NCBI GenBank assembly: GCA_023920165.1
Contig: CP089275.1
Coordinates: 4,030,001 to 4,094,000, forward strand
Source of the DNA: Curvularia clavata
Taxonomy: Eukaryota
Reading direction: 5' to 3'
DNA: 64,000 bases
This document shows, piece after piece, positions 13,300 through 27,731 of this stretch. Both the position numbers and the translations under genes were made by a program. The stretch's first letter is position 1. Each line of letters starts with the position of its first letter. The notes under the pieces are model-generated. The model worked only from the letters and a program-made list of their open reading frames with translations. It was not told the origin of the DNA and did not search any database.

Positions 13300-13441
13300 G
13301 GCTACATAACACAGGACGATGTCTTCAAGACCGCGTTTTGAGGTATAACCAGACATCTTTCAGTCCAGTTGGGCTTCTTGGCTCCTAGCCTTTGGCTTCC
13401 GGCCGTCGACTCTCAGCTCATGCCATCACTTGAAAACCTTT

Positions 13442-13782
13442 ATTGCTTGCATGTAAGATCCGCATCAAGCCACCACCCAGTACTCTAGCTAATCATGATC
13501 AGTAGTGCATATCCCAGCACGTATCCCAACCCCCATCGATTCAACATTTCTTACGGCATATAGCTTATCCAATTGCCCGACTTTCTTATCACTCGGAAAA
13601 GCCCACATTGATTGGGCAACCACAATTGCTTGCATGTAAGTTCCACATCACTACTGTCCAACACCTCAGCTAACCATGACCCGCAGTGCATCTTACAGTC
13701 CCAACGGCTTAGCATTTCTCATGGCATATAGCTCATCCACTTGTCCGACCTTATCTTCACTGGGAAAAGCCCTCATTCGTTG
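13442..13782. repeat. Diverged tandem duplication (~183-bp period) downstream of the Myb-like gene
   Basis: Copies start at 13442 and 13625. Both read ATTGCTTGCATGTAAG..AGCTAA(T/C)CATGA..AGTGCAT..CATTTCT..GGCATATAGCT.ATCCA.TTG.CCGAC..GGAAAAGCCC.CATT. Confidence 0.9.
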
Positions 13783-14839
13783 CAGGATAGCATTGAAAAG
13801 TGGTTGCTCCTTTCCGCGATTTGAAAGCGATAGGGTCTTGCACATTTGATTGCCCTGATTCTCATTCGAATGCTGTCTTCTTGGCATGATCGAAAGCCCC
13901 GATCCATATGCATCAAAGTTCGATTGTACATATAACAGAATGAAACTCTATGATTTTGTATCTTGAACAAATCTGGCGTGTTATTTCGTGAGTTTCAATA
14001 TCCCATCATAATTATCGCAACCTGCTTCACCGGAACAAAATTGTGTCACATATTCGCCCCGATTCAGAGCCGGCAAAGTTCTTCTGGGATAACGAGGAAG
14101 CTGTTCTCACGGTGCAATTAGCAATCTCTTACTTTACCAGTTCACTGATGCAACATAGAAAGAGTTTCTTAGCTCACTTGTCGGTAACTTACGAAAATAT
14201 CAATCACACATGTTTCCGCATCTTCTATAATGGAGATACCTTCTAAGATGCTTTCTTAATCTCTCGACGTGCCCATTTCTCTAAACGATGAGTACCTGTG
14301 GGACAACAACAGCCGAGCGTACATTGTGGCAGTCTTTTCTCCGAAATCATGACCGTACCACTTGCATGTAAGAAGAGTCCAACGCATGCCTCTGGCGTAC
14401 TCAAATCACAGGCTGTTCAAGACGTCGAACGCCAAAAAAAGCACATTTATCATGCCATCATGTCGCCCACCTGTTTACACTCAAAAACACCGCAGTCACT
14501 CACTTATTCACTCATGAATATCGCGATTCAATACAGAACGTATTTGTCTCGTGTCACTAGCACAGACGTATCTGCTCATTCAATCACTTTCCTATTGTAC
14601 TCAACTCGCCTTCACCTCAACACACACAGCCATATTACGCCTACACTCCCATAACAACGCGCCCAAAGAGCACTAACAATATCAAACAACAATGTTCTTG
14701 AACAAGGGGGTTTAACCGCAACAGCGACGACGCCCACGGCAGAAACGCCAGAAACCTTGACCCTCTTCCCCACGCCGAAAGACCAAAAGAGCATAGGCGA
14801 CACAGCAATCCACGTTTAGGCAGCGGCACAGCAGCAAAA

Positions 14840-15190
14840 ATGCATAAACCACATCAAAACCAAATTTATCCGCTATACGAGCAAGAGCAGCGCCGCAAAG
14901 GATTCCAGAACCCATTTACCACTGCGAAGTCGACGCCGCTCGGCAGTGCAGGCAAGCGAGCACACGTGCAGGGCCAAGAGCGTTTGCCGGTTAGTGACTA
15001 CACGGGCGAGAGTAATAGAGCAGATGAGCCAGGGACGGGGTGGAGGCTGCTTCAAGCATTGAATGAGTTGCGGTCAAGGGAGAAGAACAGGAAGATGAGG
15101 GATGAAGGCAGGGACATAAGGCAGCAGCGGAAGAAGAAAGGAAAAGAGAGGGAGAGAGAAAGGTGGCCTAGGAGGAGGTATTCAATATAG
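14840..15190 (+). CDS. Possible small basic hypothetical protein (5' end uncertain)
   Basis: 116-aa ATG ORF whose frame stays open ~130 nt upstream, with a K/R/E-rich tail. No recognised domain. Confidence 0.3.
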   Translation: MHKPHQNQIYPLYEQEQRRKGFQNPFTTAKSTPLGSAGKRAHVQGQERLPVSDYTGESNRADEPGTGWRLLQALNELRSREKNRKMRDEGRDIRQQRKKKGKERERERWPRRRYSI

Positions 15191-15401
15191 ATCGGCAGGA
15201 CGGTTTTCTTTAAAAGGGGGAATTTTGCATATCATTGTTGGTCGCATCCTGTCTAGCCTTACGCGAATTATATGCTCAACACGCCCCATATCATCAGTGT
15301 AGAATTTGATTATATTACTCCTTCCCTCCTCGACGATCATTTCCATGTCAATTCCATCTTAATAAGGCGACTTCTCTCGTCCACCACGTTCAAGAATGTG
15401 C

Positions 15402-17441
15402 TTATACCTTGGGCTCCTGAGCCTCAGCAACATGAGCTGTCTCATCATGCTGCACGCTGCGCTTTCTCTCCTGGTTCGCAGCGACCTCGCTAAGGCTAAC
15501 GTTGCGGGCAGTAGCTGGGTCCATATCGGCATAAGATACGGCAGGGCGGAACTCCTTCGACTTCCATGCTTTGCCGACGATGCCGTAGAGCTCGTCAACT
15601 TGCTCAAGGGTGAGTCCCTTGGTTTCGTAGATCATGAGCCATCTACACGCATAAACACGTTAGTATTTGTAAATAGACATATGGCCAAGGGAGGGCAGGG
15701 AGTAGGGGATTTAACTTACACAAAAGCAATGCAGACGAAGCAGAAAGTTCCCCAGATGAAGAAAACCTTCGATTGCAAGTTTGCGTGATCGGGGTCCACC
15801 ATGTAGGGAGTTGAGTAAGCAATAGCCCAGTTCAGCAGCCTAGAGAGATATACATTAGATGCAACCTGGTTTAATGAATGAAGATGCCTTACCAGTTGCT
15901 AGCCGTGGTCATGGAAAGACACTTGGCACGCGCCTTGAGCGGGAACAGCTCACCCGTCACAACCCAAGCGACTGGTCCCCAAGAGCTGGCGAAGAAGAAG
16001 ATGTAGATGCACACGAAGGCAATGGCGGCGCGTTGTGCTGGCAAATCGGTTGTTCCGGCTACTGTTCCTGTGATGGCGACAATGTACTGGCACACGCACA
16101 TACCAACACCTCCCAAAAGGAGCAGGTTGCGACGACCAAGGCGTTCTACCATCCAAAGTCCAGCTGAATAACTCGTCAGAATCTTGTTGTTGTGAGAGTC
16201 GTCGAAGAGCACTTACGGAACGTGGAGGCGACGTTGACACAGTTGGTGATGACCTGAATAACGAAGGGATCATCGAAACCAGCTCTCTGGAAGTATTGCG
16301 TTCCGTAGTCTACAACATGTCAGCAAGTTCTCACTATTCCATGTGAAGAGATACTTACAGAAGATGAAGTTGACACCAGTCAACTGTTGCAGCGCTTGTA
16401 GCAAGCATCCCGTCAGAAGTCGCTTTCCGAGCGTGCCCTTGAAGCACTCAGTGTATGTAGATTTTCCCAAAGACATCTCGTAAAGGTGGTTGGCTTGAAC
16501 CTCGCTGAGCTCTTCGACAACAGCGGGGTGGTCGGTAGGAAGGCGACGAAGCTTGCCAAGACTCTTTGCGGCCTGGTCGTATTTGTCCATCTTGATGAGG
16601 TATCTGGGTGTCTCTGGGAGGAAGAGAAGTCTGAAGACCAATGTTAGTCGCTATCAAATATCACCTCCAGGAGGATTACATACCCAACAACCAAGATGAG
16701 CGACCAAGCGAATTGCACAGCAATTGGAATGCGGTACGATCCAGAATCATTGCGGTCTTTGGTCGCATTGTTTACAATGGCGGCCAGCAACAGACCAATT
16801 GTAATGGCCAACTGGTATGCTCCAACAATCGTTCCACGAATCCACTTTGGTGCGGTCTCACTTTGGTACATGGGGACTGTAGACGTCAGCGACAGATTAA
16901 AAGCTTGTGCGAAAAGGAAACTTACTCAAAGCCGAAACAAGACCGACGCCATATCCAGCGAAGAAACGGCCGGCAATGAAAAGAGGCTGCGCGGTTGAAG
17001 CAGTCTGCAGAATAACACCCAGATTGAACACAACACCGGCAGAGGCGATCAAACCCCAGCGTCGTCCAAGCAGATCACCAAATGGTGCCGCTGTCAGAGC
17101 GCCAAAGAAGGTACCAGCTGAGAGAATGGAGACAATGAGAGAGTCCTGAGCGGCTGTGATGCTCAAGTCTGGCTCTGTCGAGAACTCCCTCTTCCAATAG
17201 TCCATGGCAATAATGCCGGAAATTGTGCCGGTGTCATATCTGAGGCCGTTAGGTAGAGTTCATGATGACAACACCAACTTTGCTTAAGCTCACCCGAAGA
17301 GTACACCACCAAAAGCAACAAAAAGACCGATGAGAATAGCTGGCCTTAGGACTGGTTAACAGTGTTTGCAGAGAAAGCGCCGAGTGAAGCATACCATGCC
17401 TTGCCAGCAGTGTCTGGCGGGGGCTTGAGCATGAAACCCAT
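15402..17441 (-). CDS. MFS sugar porter (hexose/glucose transporter), multi-exon
   Basis: Spliced product MGFMLKPPPD..AILIGLFVAFGGVLFG|YDTGTISG, D-LLGRRWG, YQSETAPKWIRG, PETPRYL, QQLTGVNFIF, VERLGRRNLL, WGPVAWVVTGELFPLKARAK, YETKGLTLEQVD: all sugar-porter signatures. Confidence 0.96.
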
Positions 17442-17585
17442 GATATTGAGGCGTCACTAGTGATACGAAGACGGGCAAAAGGTTAGAGGTAGCAAGCCCT
17501 CAAGACTACGGGGTGAGTAAATGCAAGAAAGCGCGCGACGGACGCTTTTATCCCACGAGCTCAGTCCCAAGCATCTCTCCACTTG

Positions 17586-18790
17586 GCCTGGGGGCATCGA
17601 CCACCCTGGTTGAACACTTGCACAATCTCACCAGACGCGTGCCTCATGCCCAGCCCCGGTCGTTGTCGACAGGGTTGGCACACACGCGCTAACCGTCCCC
17701 GCGTGGAGCAACAGCCATACAGCGCAATGTTGGTTTCCTACCCCGGATTTGTGTGGCTATATCCGTTACCGCCACCTACGTCGTTGGATGCACAATGCCC
17801 CGATGCCTGCCATATGCCGGCATGTCAGCCAACGACAGGGCATCAACCAGCTGGGATACTCAGGACCACCAGAGAAGGGACATGGACAATAAGGGTGGGC
17901 GAGCCAAGCGAAGCTCGGCGAAAGCAACTTGAAGCATGGCGAGCTTGCTGTCCACAGTGCCGATGTGCTGTTGTGGGAACGTCGTGGCAGGGATGCGCCA
18001 GGCATGCAGACTTGGTGCAAAACATGGAAATGGTGTAGTTGCCGAGACGAAAAATCTTTCCAACACCCTGGTTGAGTGGTTGCGGCAAGATTTGGAGCAA
18101 CCCACGGGCCGACTGGAAAGCTGCACGCCGCGCCTTAGGAACAGGAAGTAAACAGCAATTGGAGCGCCCCCTGCGGAATGATTCTCGGTACCGTAAAATT
18201 GCTCAGACCATGGCCGGCGATTTTTGACTATCTTGCTGCGCTCTGCGATGGCGCTCTTCTTGGCAGCCATGGCAGCCATGGCAGCGCAGAGGCGGCGTCT
18301 AGCGTGGTTTGGCCACTGCAGTTTTATCGAGTCAAGTATAGGGACGGCGCCTGTGGAAAAGCTCTCGTGACGTCCAAGGCTGGGCATGCCTCCGATTCTG
18401 GCACGGAAAGCCTCCACCTCTTGATGCTCGGCGTTGCTGACTTGGGTGGGACCAGAGATCGCGGAAACACATGCTGACGGCACGGCTTGGGTTGTGGTTG
18501 TAGCATCAGCGACAAGCGGCTCAACACTGCGACATGGAGACGGTTATGACTGAGAGGTATAGGCCGGATGCCGGACCGCGGCGCATAATACAGGTTGATA
18601 TACGTACATAGTAGGTGGTAATGGAAGTCGGAGGTGGTTCTGGGGTTGCGGAGTCTGACCGGCCCGTTCGGTGCCCAACCTGATGGCGCCAGTGTCATGG
18701 CTAGAAGTCGCGAAGATGCATCATGGACTCCGCATCGAAACTAACTAGCAGTAAGCGGTACAGGAATAGTTGGGATCGAGGAACCCCCGG
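17586..18790. promoter_or_regulatory. Sugar-porter upstream region with several CreA/Mig1-type SYGGRG sites
   Basis: SYGGRG matches on either strand near 17588, 17654, 17697, 17741, 18412, 18640, 18728 and 18785 in the ~1.5 kb upstream of the transporter ATG. The motif is short, so some hits are expected by chance. Confidence 0.35.
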
Positions 18791-19014
18791 CCGCCCGTTC
18801 AGAACATGCGGCCTGCCGTCTTCCGAGACAACGTCCTCCTGCTGCAGTTAGCGAATTGCGACGGCGGGCTGAGGAAGCTTCTAGTGTGCTAAGGCACCAA
18901 GACCTGACACGCATACACACTTGCTACAATCATCATCTTTTGCAAGTCCATTGGTATCTGATTGAAGTTTACTCTGCTCCGCCCCTGTGTGTGTGTGATC
19001 AAACAAAATGGCGC

Positions 19015-21380
19015 TTATGCCTTTCCCTTTTTCTCTCCACTCTTTCTTCGCCCCTTCTTCGACTCAGCCTTGGTCTCCTTCACATTAGTACCATTGGACG
19101 TCGCCTTGGTCGAAACTTCGGTTGCAACTTCAGTACCACCACCCTTTTTCTCTTTGCGACCCGCTTGCTCCTTCGCACTGACATGGCCGTTCTTCACTTT
19201 AGGAGCGTCCTCTGAGCCCTTTGCACCCTTGTCACCCTTTGGCAGAACAGCTCTAGGGTCTTTGCCCTTCTTGCGCATCGACTTAGCCTGGGCCTTCTGG
19301 ATGTACTTTTGGTCCTCATCTTCATCGAATCCACCAAAGTCCGATTCCTGGTCACTGTCGGCCCCGATAGGAGTGCGGTCAACGACTTCGACTTCAGTTG
19401 TCTGGTCTGTGGTACCATTGGCTTTGGAAGATTCGTTGGCACCAACGGCGTTGGGCGGCGTAGGGCCAATCTTTTTGAACTTGGCGACAAAGAAACCGTC
19501 AACGTTGTAAGTGTGAGGGTAGTACCTCCTCGTCATCTATAGACATGTCAGCGTGATTCCTTCGCGAGATACCCTGGATCACATGCTATCTTACCTTCAT
19601 GGACGGGTGGAAGGTCTTGCCTCCAATTCTTGTGAACCCCTCTTTACCAAACGTGAGACCAGTCTCGACAAGCTTGACGTTTGGTCGCTTGTTGAGCGCA
19701 TATTGTACAACCTGCTCATTCTCCTCTACCGTTACGGAACAGGTACTGTAGACAATGTAACCACCCGTCTTGGAGTGATGGTTGACAGAGTCGATTGCTG
19801 ATAACAGCAATTGCTTTTGTAGGTGAGGCAGCTTCATGAAATCGGCCTCAGTTTTGTTGGTCTTGACACTGGCATCCTTGGCAATGACACCAGTACCAGA
19901 GCAAGGAGCATCGAGCAGTACACGGTCGAAACCGCTCATGACCCTAGGGAATTCCAAGGCCGAGTAGTGAGATACGATGACGTTCCTCGCGCCCAGACGG
20001 TGGATGTTTCCTATCAGACCCTTGGCACGGTCTTTGTTAGCATCGTTGGCGAAAATGCATCCAGTGTTCTTCATGAGTGCTGCCAAATGCGTTGTTTTAC
20101 CACCAGGAGCAGCTGCCATCTGTTTTATGTCCCGTTAGTGTCAGGTTGCATCAAAATAGAAATGATACTACTCACATCTAGTACTCGCTCGTTCTCTTGT
20201 GGCGCAAGAGCCATGACGGGCAGGAAGGAAGAAGCAGCCTGCAGAATGTAGTGTCCAGCAAGATACTCCGGAGTTGCACCCAACGGCACTTGTGCGTCAA
20301 AGATCTGAAGTCCAACCTTTGACCACTTGCCAACTGGCTCAAGCTGAACGCCGCGGTTGATCAATGCCTGCGCAAGCTCTCGTCGGTGTGTGCGAAGTGT
20401 GTTGGTGCGGATGACGACGGGTCGTGGGGTTTCGTTGGCTTCGAAGAAAGCTTGAGCTTCGCGAGGTGGGAAGAGGCTTAGTAGCTTGTCCGCCAGGAAC
20501 TCGGAGTAGCCTATGTCAAGTCAATTTGGATACAATTGGGCTGGTAGTATTCTTGTGTTAGTGGCATACCATAATAGGCACAGATGTCCTTGAGAAGCGA
20601 GGCTCTGTACTCTGCTCTGCTCCGGCCCTCCTCAGCCAGGTTCTTGAAGTCGTCCAACACACGAATAGTATCCGTTAGCCTTGTCCTTAGCAACTGAATG
20701 TCCTGGTTGACAAGGTTCGTAATTGGCCTGCCCTCCTCATCTTCCTCATCCTCTAGAATCTTGGGCCGCTCGCCAGCGATGTTGGTCTGCATGTTCTCTT
20801 CCAATTCAGCTTGCGCTTCTGCCTCTTCAATCGCCTTTTGTTCGTCTAGCTTCCTAGAGAGTCCAGCGATATTGGCGGCTGTAAGCTTCTCTTCAGCATC
20901 CTCATCGTCTTCGTCTTCTGACCACATCGCAGCACCTTTCCTGATATCGTTATCCGAGTCTACAACATCTGAGTCGAACTCGTCTTCGTCGATGGACTCT
21001 TCGTCTTCGGATGCGCTACCGAGCGCATCGAGTCCGGTAACATTGATATCGGAATCGTCCATGATGTCGGAGTCATCTTCTGAAAGGTCGTCTTCGGAGT
21101 CGGATGGTGGAGGAGGAGCAGCCTTTGCGGCCTTTCCTTTCGCCTTTGCTCCATTGACGATAGCAGCGGCAGTCTTTACGGGCTTTCCAGCGACTCTAGT
21201 CTTAGGCTGAGCTTTCGCCTTGGCCTCTCTAGCTTCTCTTGCCTCCCTCGCAGCTGTCCTGCTCCTCTTCTTGCGCTCCGGTTCTGCAGGAGCAGGCGCA
21301 TCTTTTCGTTTCCTCGTCACTAGTGATTCATCCAGGGGCTCAGGGATTCCCTGCTTCTTCATACGGCGACCTTGACCCAT
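19015..21380 (-). CDS. NOP2: 25S rRNA (cytosine-C5)-methyltransferase Nop2
   Basis: MGQGRRMKKQG start, acidic N-terminus, GATPEYLAGHYILQ, LD|MAAAPGGKT, FDRVLLDAPCSGTG, VYSTCSV, RRYYPHTYNVDGFFVAKF; three introns. Confidence 0.97.
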
Positions 21381-21704
21381 GGCGACTGTTCGTGTCTGAA
21401 AACCCTTAGGTGAACAAAAAATGTGGTGGTGTTAGAGGTTGGCCGACCTGACGAATGCGCGAACTGCGAACTTTCGCTGCTAGATTTTGGGAACTTTTTC
21501 CACGCTAGCGGACCTCCTTCAGGTTAGCGCGCTTTGCCCTGGTTCCAGCCCACTGTCCCGCATCTCCAACAGCGTCATTGCCCTGGAGCTATCTACACAA
21601 ACAACGTGAACGAGCATTTTGCTATCCGCTTTCAATACAATCGCTCCTCTACGGCATCAAACAGTATCACTCGGTCGAACAAGGATTCTTGATTGGAGCC
21701 CACC

Positions 21705-22495
21705 ATGTCAGAACTCGCATTCTGCAAGTCATTCCTCAGCGCCCTCGACGCGCGCCCAGTAAAGCTATCCTCAGATCATATCGCAGATGCGCGACAGTAT
21801 CCCGCGCAGGGTGCCGTACGTTATTCTTTTTTCTTTTCCTTGAGTCGTTATGTTTACTGAACACCTTGTAGTATACGCTGCCTCGCCTACCACATCCACC
21901 CCACCCGCAACGGCCCAACCCCAAACCCACTGGCACTGACGCATCTTTACCGTCTGCCTCGACTGTCACGGTAACCCTCAAGCCCATGAAACCTTCCACG
22001 CCTACAATTCCTCTCTCCGCAATCGATCCCTCGAAAACCTCCGTCTATGATCTGAAGCAACAATATGCGACACAGGCTTCACTGTCAGCAGCGAAGATCA
22101 AGATCCTATATAAGAAGAAGCCCGTGACAGATTCTAAGACTCTGCTGGAGGTAATAGGCACGGATGCTGGCACGGAAGTGGAGTTTGGTGTCATGGTGAT
22201 GGGTGGTGCTGCTGCAGCGACAGGTAGCCCCGCAGCGGGGAATACGCCTATAGCAAGCCCGCCTGCCGTTGCACCGCCGACAGAAAGTGAGAAGGGCCTG
22301 GCCAGCGCAGGGGAGTCATCTGGTGGTATCGCTTCAGGTGCCGTAGGCGCAGAAGCCATGAGTGGGAAGGATATCGTTGCTACCGACGAATTCTGGGGTG
22401 ACCTGAAGACCTTCATACTGCAGCGGACAAAGGACGCAGAAGAGGGCGAACGATTAGTAGGCGTATTCAAGAGCGCTTGGGAGCAAAACAAGTAG
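21705..22495 (+). CDS. GET5: Get5/Mdy2-like ubiquitin-like protein
   Basis: MSELAFCKSFLSALDARPVKLSSDH (Get4-binding N-terminus), intron ~21816-21871, UBL (SVYDLKQQY..KIKILYKKKPVTDSKTL), C-terminal FWGDLKTF..AW dimerisation motif. Confidence 0.85.
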
Positions 22496-22850
22496 TTTCC
22501 ATTTTTGGACAGCTACTTCAAAATACATGGTATTAATATCGCATCGGATGACCCCGGGATCACATCACGTTAGTCACACAGAGATACCAAGACACACTAT
22601 TTAAAGCAACACGACTGGTTTCCAAGCTACCAAAAGGATACAAGGTCTGATGATGCAAATGAAAACCCAGTAACGCTGCAGTCCGCAAATCGTCTGTTTA
22701 ATCGTTTTCATTCCGTTGCTTAGAAGTCGCTATGATATGACACGCTACCAAATTAATCGCTCGAGTTTATGTCTTCGTGCCACTCCCAACTCAACGCATC
22801 CTCCATGTCGAGTTGCGCAATTCAAACGCATCGGGAAAGAGAGGAGACCC

Positions 22851-23555
22851 TTAGCGGCCCTTGGAAACACGGGTCTTGATGTTGTCAAACTCGAGGTCGT
22901 CGGCGTCGTTGGCTTGGATGTCGGCAGCGAGACCGTTCAGAGCGCGCTTGATGGCTTCCTTGGAGGACGAGTACATCATGCGGGGCTGTGCAGCGTTAGT
23001 TCAGGCCGGCCCATTACATTCAGGCGCAGTGCAGATTGTCACGTACGTATTGTGGCGCATCATCGGGCGTCCAGCTGATAAAGGTGATCTTGCTCCTTGA
23101 TCCCTCACCGCTGTCGAGGTCGTACTCGATGTCGTAGACGGCGTATCGGCCGCCCATGCCCTCTTTGCCTTTGCGGTCCTTGCTCTTGGCGTTGAGAAGC
23201 TTCTCGCGGAAGACGTCGAAGTTGGCTTCCTTGGAAGTCTCCTCGACGACAATCTCCTTCCAGTCGTCGCTGATCTTGTAGATGATCCACTTGATGTCCT
23301 TGCCGAGCTTTAGCTCGTTGAAAGCGCTGATGCACTCAGGGGAAACGGAGACACTGTAGTGGTATTAGTACAAAGTGAGAAGGTTTTTTAGCTGGGTATT
23401 CGAAAGATGGGCATGGTGGGATGATAGCGCATGTGAGCCTCGGGCGGCGACTGCTAGACATGTCGTGCTATCTGCGTTGCATTACGTACCCGGATTGAGC
23501 CTGTGAATGTTGTCAGCACAAGCAGTCTGCGGACGCTGTGTACATGACTTACCAT
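22851..23555 (-). CDS. COF1: Cofilin / actin-depolymerising factor
   Basis: Spliced M|AQSG|VSVSPECISAFNELKLGKDIKWIIYKISDD..RYAVYDIEY..KITFISWTPDDA..|PRMMYSSSKEAIKRALNG; ATG-only first coding exon. Confidence 0.95.
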
Positions 23556-24248
23556 GATGTTGTGATTGTAGTGTTGAAGGTGCGAAAGGGGGTTCGAGGC
23601 ACCAGGTAGCTTTATCAGTACTGTTGTTGCCTGTCAGCATCGTCGTCATGCCATGCAATTGCCGTACTACAAGAGGGCAACGCAAAACAACTGCCTGGCT
23701 ATGGGCGGCAAATGGGCGCAGCTTACGTCAATGGAGAAAACTGATTGTTGTGGATAGTTGGCGTGTTTGCGGGAGGAAGAGCGGAGGTGGAGGAGCGGTG
23801 TTGCTGAGGCTGAGGGAAGTAGTGGGGTTATTTTCAAGCGACGTACATAGTGGGGTCACCTTCGACTCTCGACCGGTTTATTTGCCTACGCCCGCCGCCA
23901 CAGCAACCCAAACCCCGGCCGCTAATCTGCTGCCCAATGTCCAGTGCACAGGTCCACATGCACAGTTTTTGCACATCATCATCATGTATACAATTGTTTG
24001 AACTCGTTTACATTTCCTTTGTCGCTTTTCACATCTCGCCCTTCCCAGGACATCTTCTAGTTACACAATATTGTACAATAAACCATCAAATAACCAAAAT
24101 GCAGTGCTTTTGAAAAACCGTGAGCGAGGAGCGGAGACCAACTCAACATCGTGTACATAAGCCATCACTGGGAAAGACGTAAGAGTAAAGTCATTATAAC
24201 GAAATGGGGGTATAAAAAGAAGAAAATAGACGGTCAGGTTTCAAATGC

Positions 24249-26117
<1,869 letters not shown>

Positions 26118-26258
26118 TGTGACGGAATTGAGATGTGTAGGTGGCAGTATTGAAGCTCAAACAATGCTCCTGGACTCCAGCTCAATGCAAGATAACCGGG
26201 GAGAGGGATTGGGTGCAGAGGAAGATTGTGGAGAAGAAATGAACGCTGCCATATGTGT

Positions 26259-26285
26259 AGAAAATTCCAAGGAATCATCGAGAAG
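26259..26285. promoter_or_regulatory. Heat-shock-element-like nGAAn array upstream of HSP60
   Basis: aGAAa aTTCc .. gGAAt cATCg aGAAg, ~140-170 bp upstream of the HSP60 ATG; imperfect match. Confidence 0.5.
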
Positions 26286-27731
26286 TCGGCGCTCGGACCA
26301 CATCACCACTAGCCTCGGCTTTAACCGCTTCACTCCGACTCCCTCGTTGTCATCGCCTTTTAGTCGTAAAAAGTGGAAGCCAAGAGCGCATTTATTCAAT
26401 TGCTTTTGCTTGGTTTGTACAACTCGAACATCGAGAGCTGCGTTGTGGAAAACGTTGCCTCGAGGTAAGAAAGCGCTAAGTCGCTGCTCTCTCAGCTTAC
26501 CAACATATTGCCCTCGATCGACTTGAAGCTGGCACCGAACACAGAAAACTCTTCTCGCCGGCTAGAGCTTCGATCAGATCTCCATAAACTTTGTATGATA
26601 TCTTGTTGCTTCTTCATGTATGCAAGTGCTTTTCATTAAGTTACTAGATCTTTGCTTATTGTCCTTTCTCTATGACTAATAGCTAGGTGTGGCGGAATTA
26701 CTCTTTCGTGGATTTAGTTGTTTTTCACAGCAATTTCATATAATCAATTTGCATTTCCCCCGGGAAAGAATTTGGGAGCTTCGCTATTTAAATATGTAAT
26801 TACAGAAAGAGGAGGGTGCAAAAAGGCGCTTGTTCTTTTAGGTAGTTCATGTTTTCTCTTCTGTATGAGGGTTCCTGTGCACGTGCTAACACCACAACAA
26901 CTAGAATTTGAGTTGTGCGATTTTGCGTACAGAAGCTGGTATAGAAGCGATTTCACCATTGCCAGTTTTATCAAAGTTACACAGTTACTGCTCACCAGGC
27001 TCAGGTGTAGCGCGGTTTTCCCACACACATTTTGAGTTGGTCGCCCTAACTATCGTGCGAGGCATCGATGCGCAAAGACTAGCCTTGTCGAGTAAGCTAC
27101 ACTACTCACATAGTACATTTTATTTCGTATTTATCGAGTATTACTTGACTTTGGGACCTGATGAGATAGCATCGCAATGCTCAAGATGCTCAAGATGCAA
27201 ATCCATCTTGTTCACGTACTCCCCGAACGTAGATGTATATTGGCGGATAACATGTTAGTTATATATGTTCAGGACACCCTTGCAGCTTCATCATGTGTAT
27301 CATGTTAGCCAATGACAAGGCTATGCCCTACACCATTTGGAGCGGGCAAAAAGGCAACTAGAATACTCAGCCGTGGCGTTTCAGCTGAGGAGTAGCCTCC
27401 GAAATATGCACGAATACCGCCACGTACACTCGAACAACTCGCAGCTCGTACATGTGATGAATCTCGCATGCTAAATTGTTTTGGTGTCCTCTGCAGGACA
27501 ATTATATGCATCGTTCAGCTATTTCCGAAGTGAGTCATAAGGCTGAGGCCGTTCATAGACAGGGACATAAAGTTTGAGCCTCAGCCTTCCACTGCTGGTA
27601 AAACATAGAAAGCATCGAGGATAGGTACAGCCTACTGCCTGGGCTCACGACACTGAATGCATCACAAATACTGCTGATTTACTTTGCCTGCATCCGTGCC
27701 ACCATCAGCCAAGCGAAGAAATCACCTCCAG

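Noticed and set aside
17583..18698. ORFs of 100-200 aa upstream of the sugar porter
   Set aside because: GC-rich promoter region with overlapping ORFs on both strands and no recognisable motifs.
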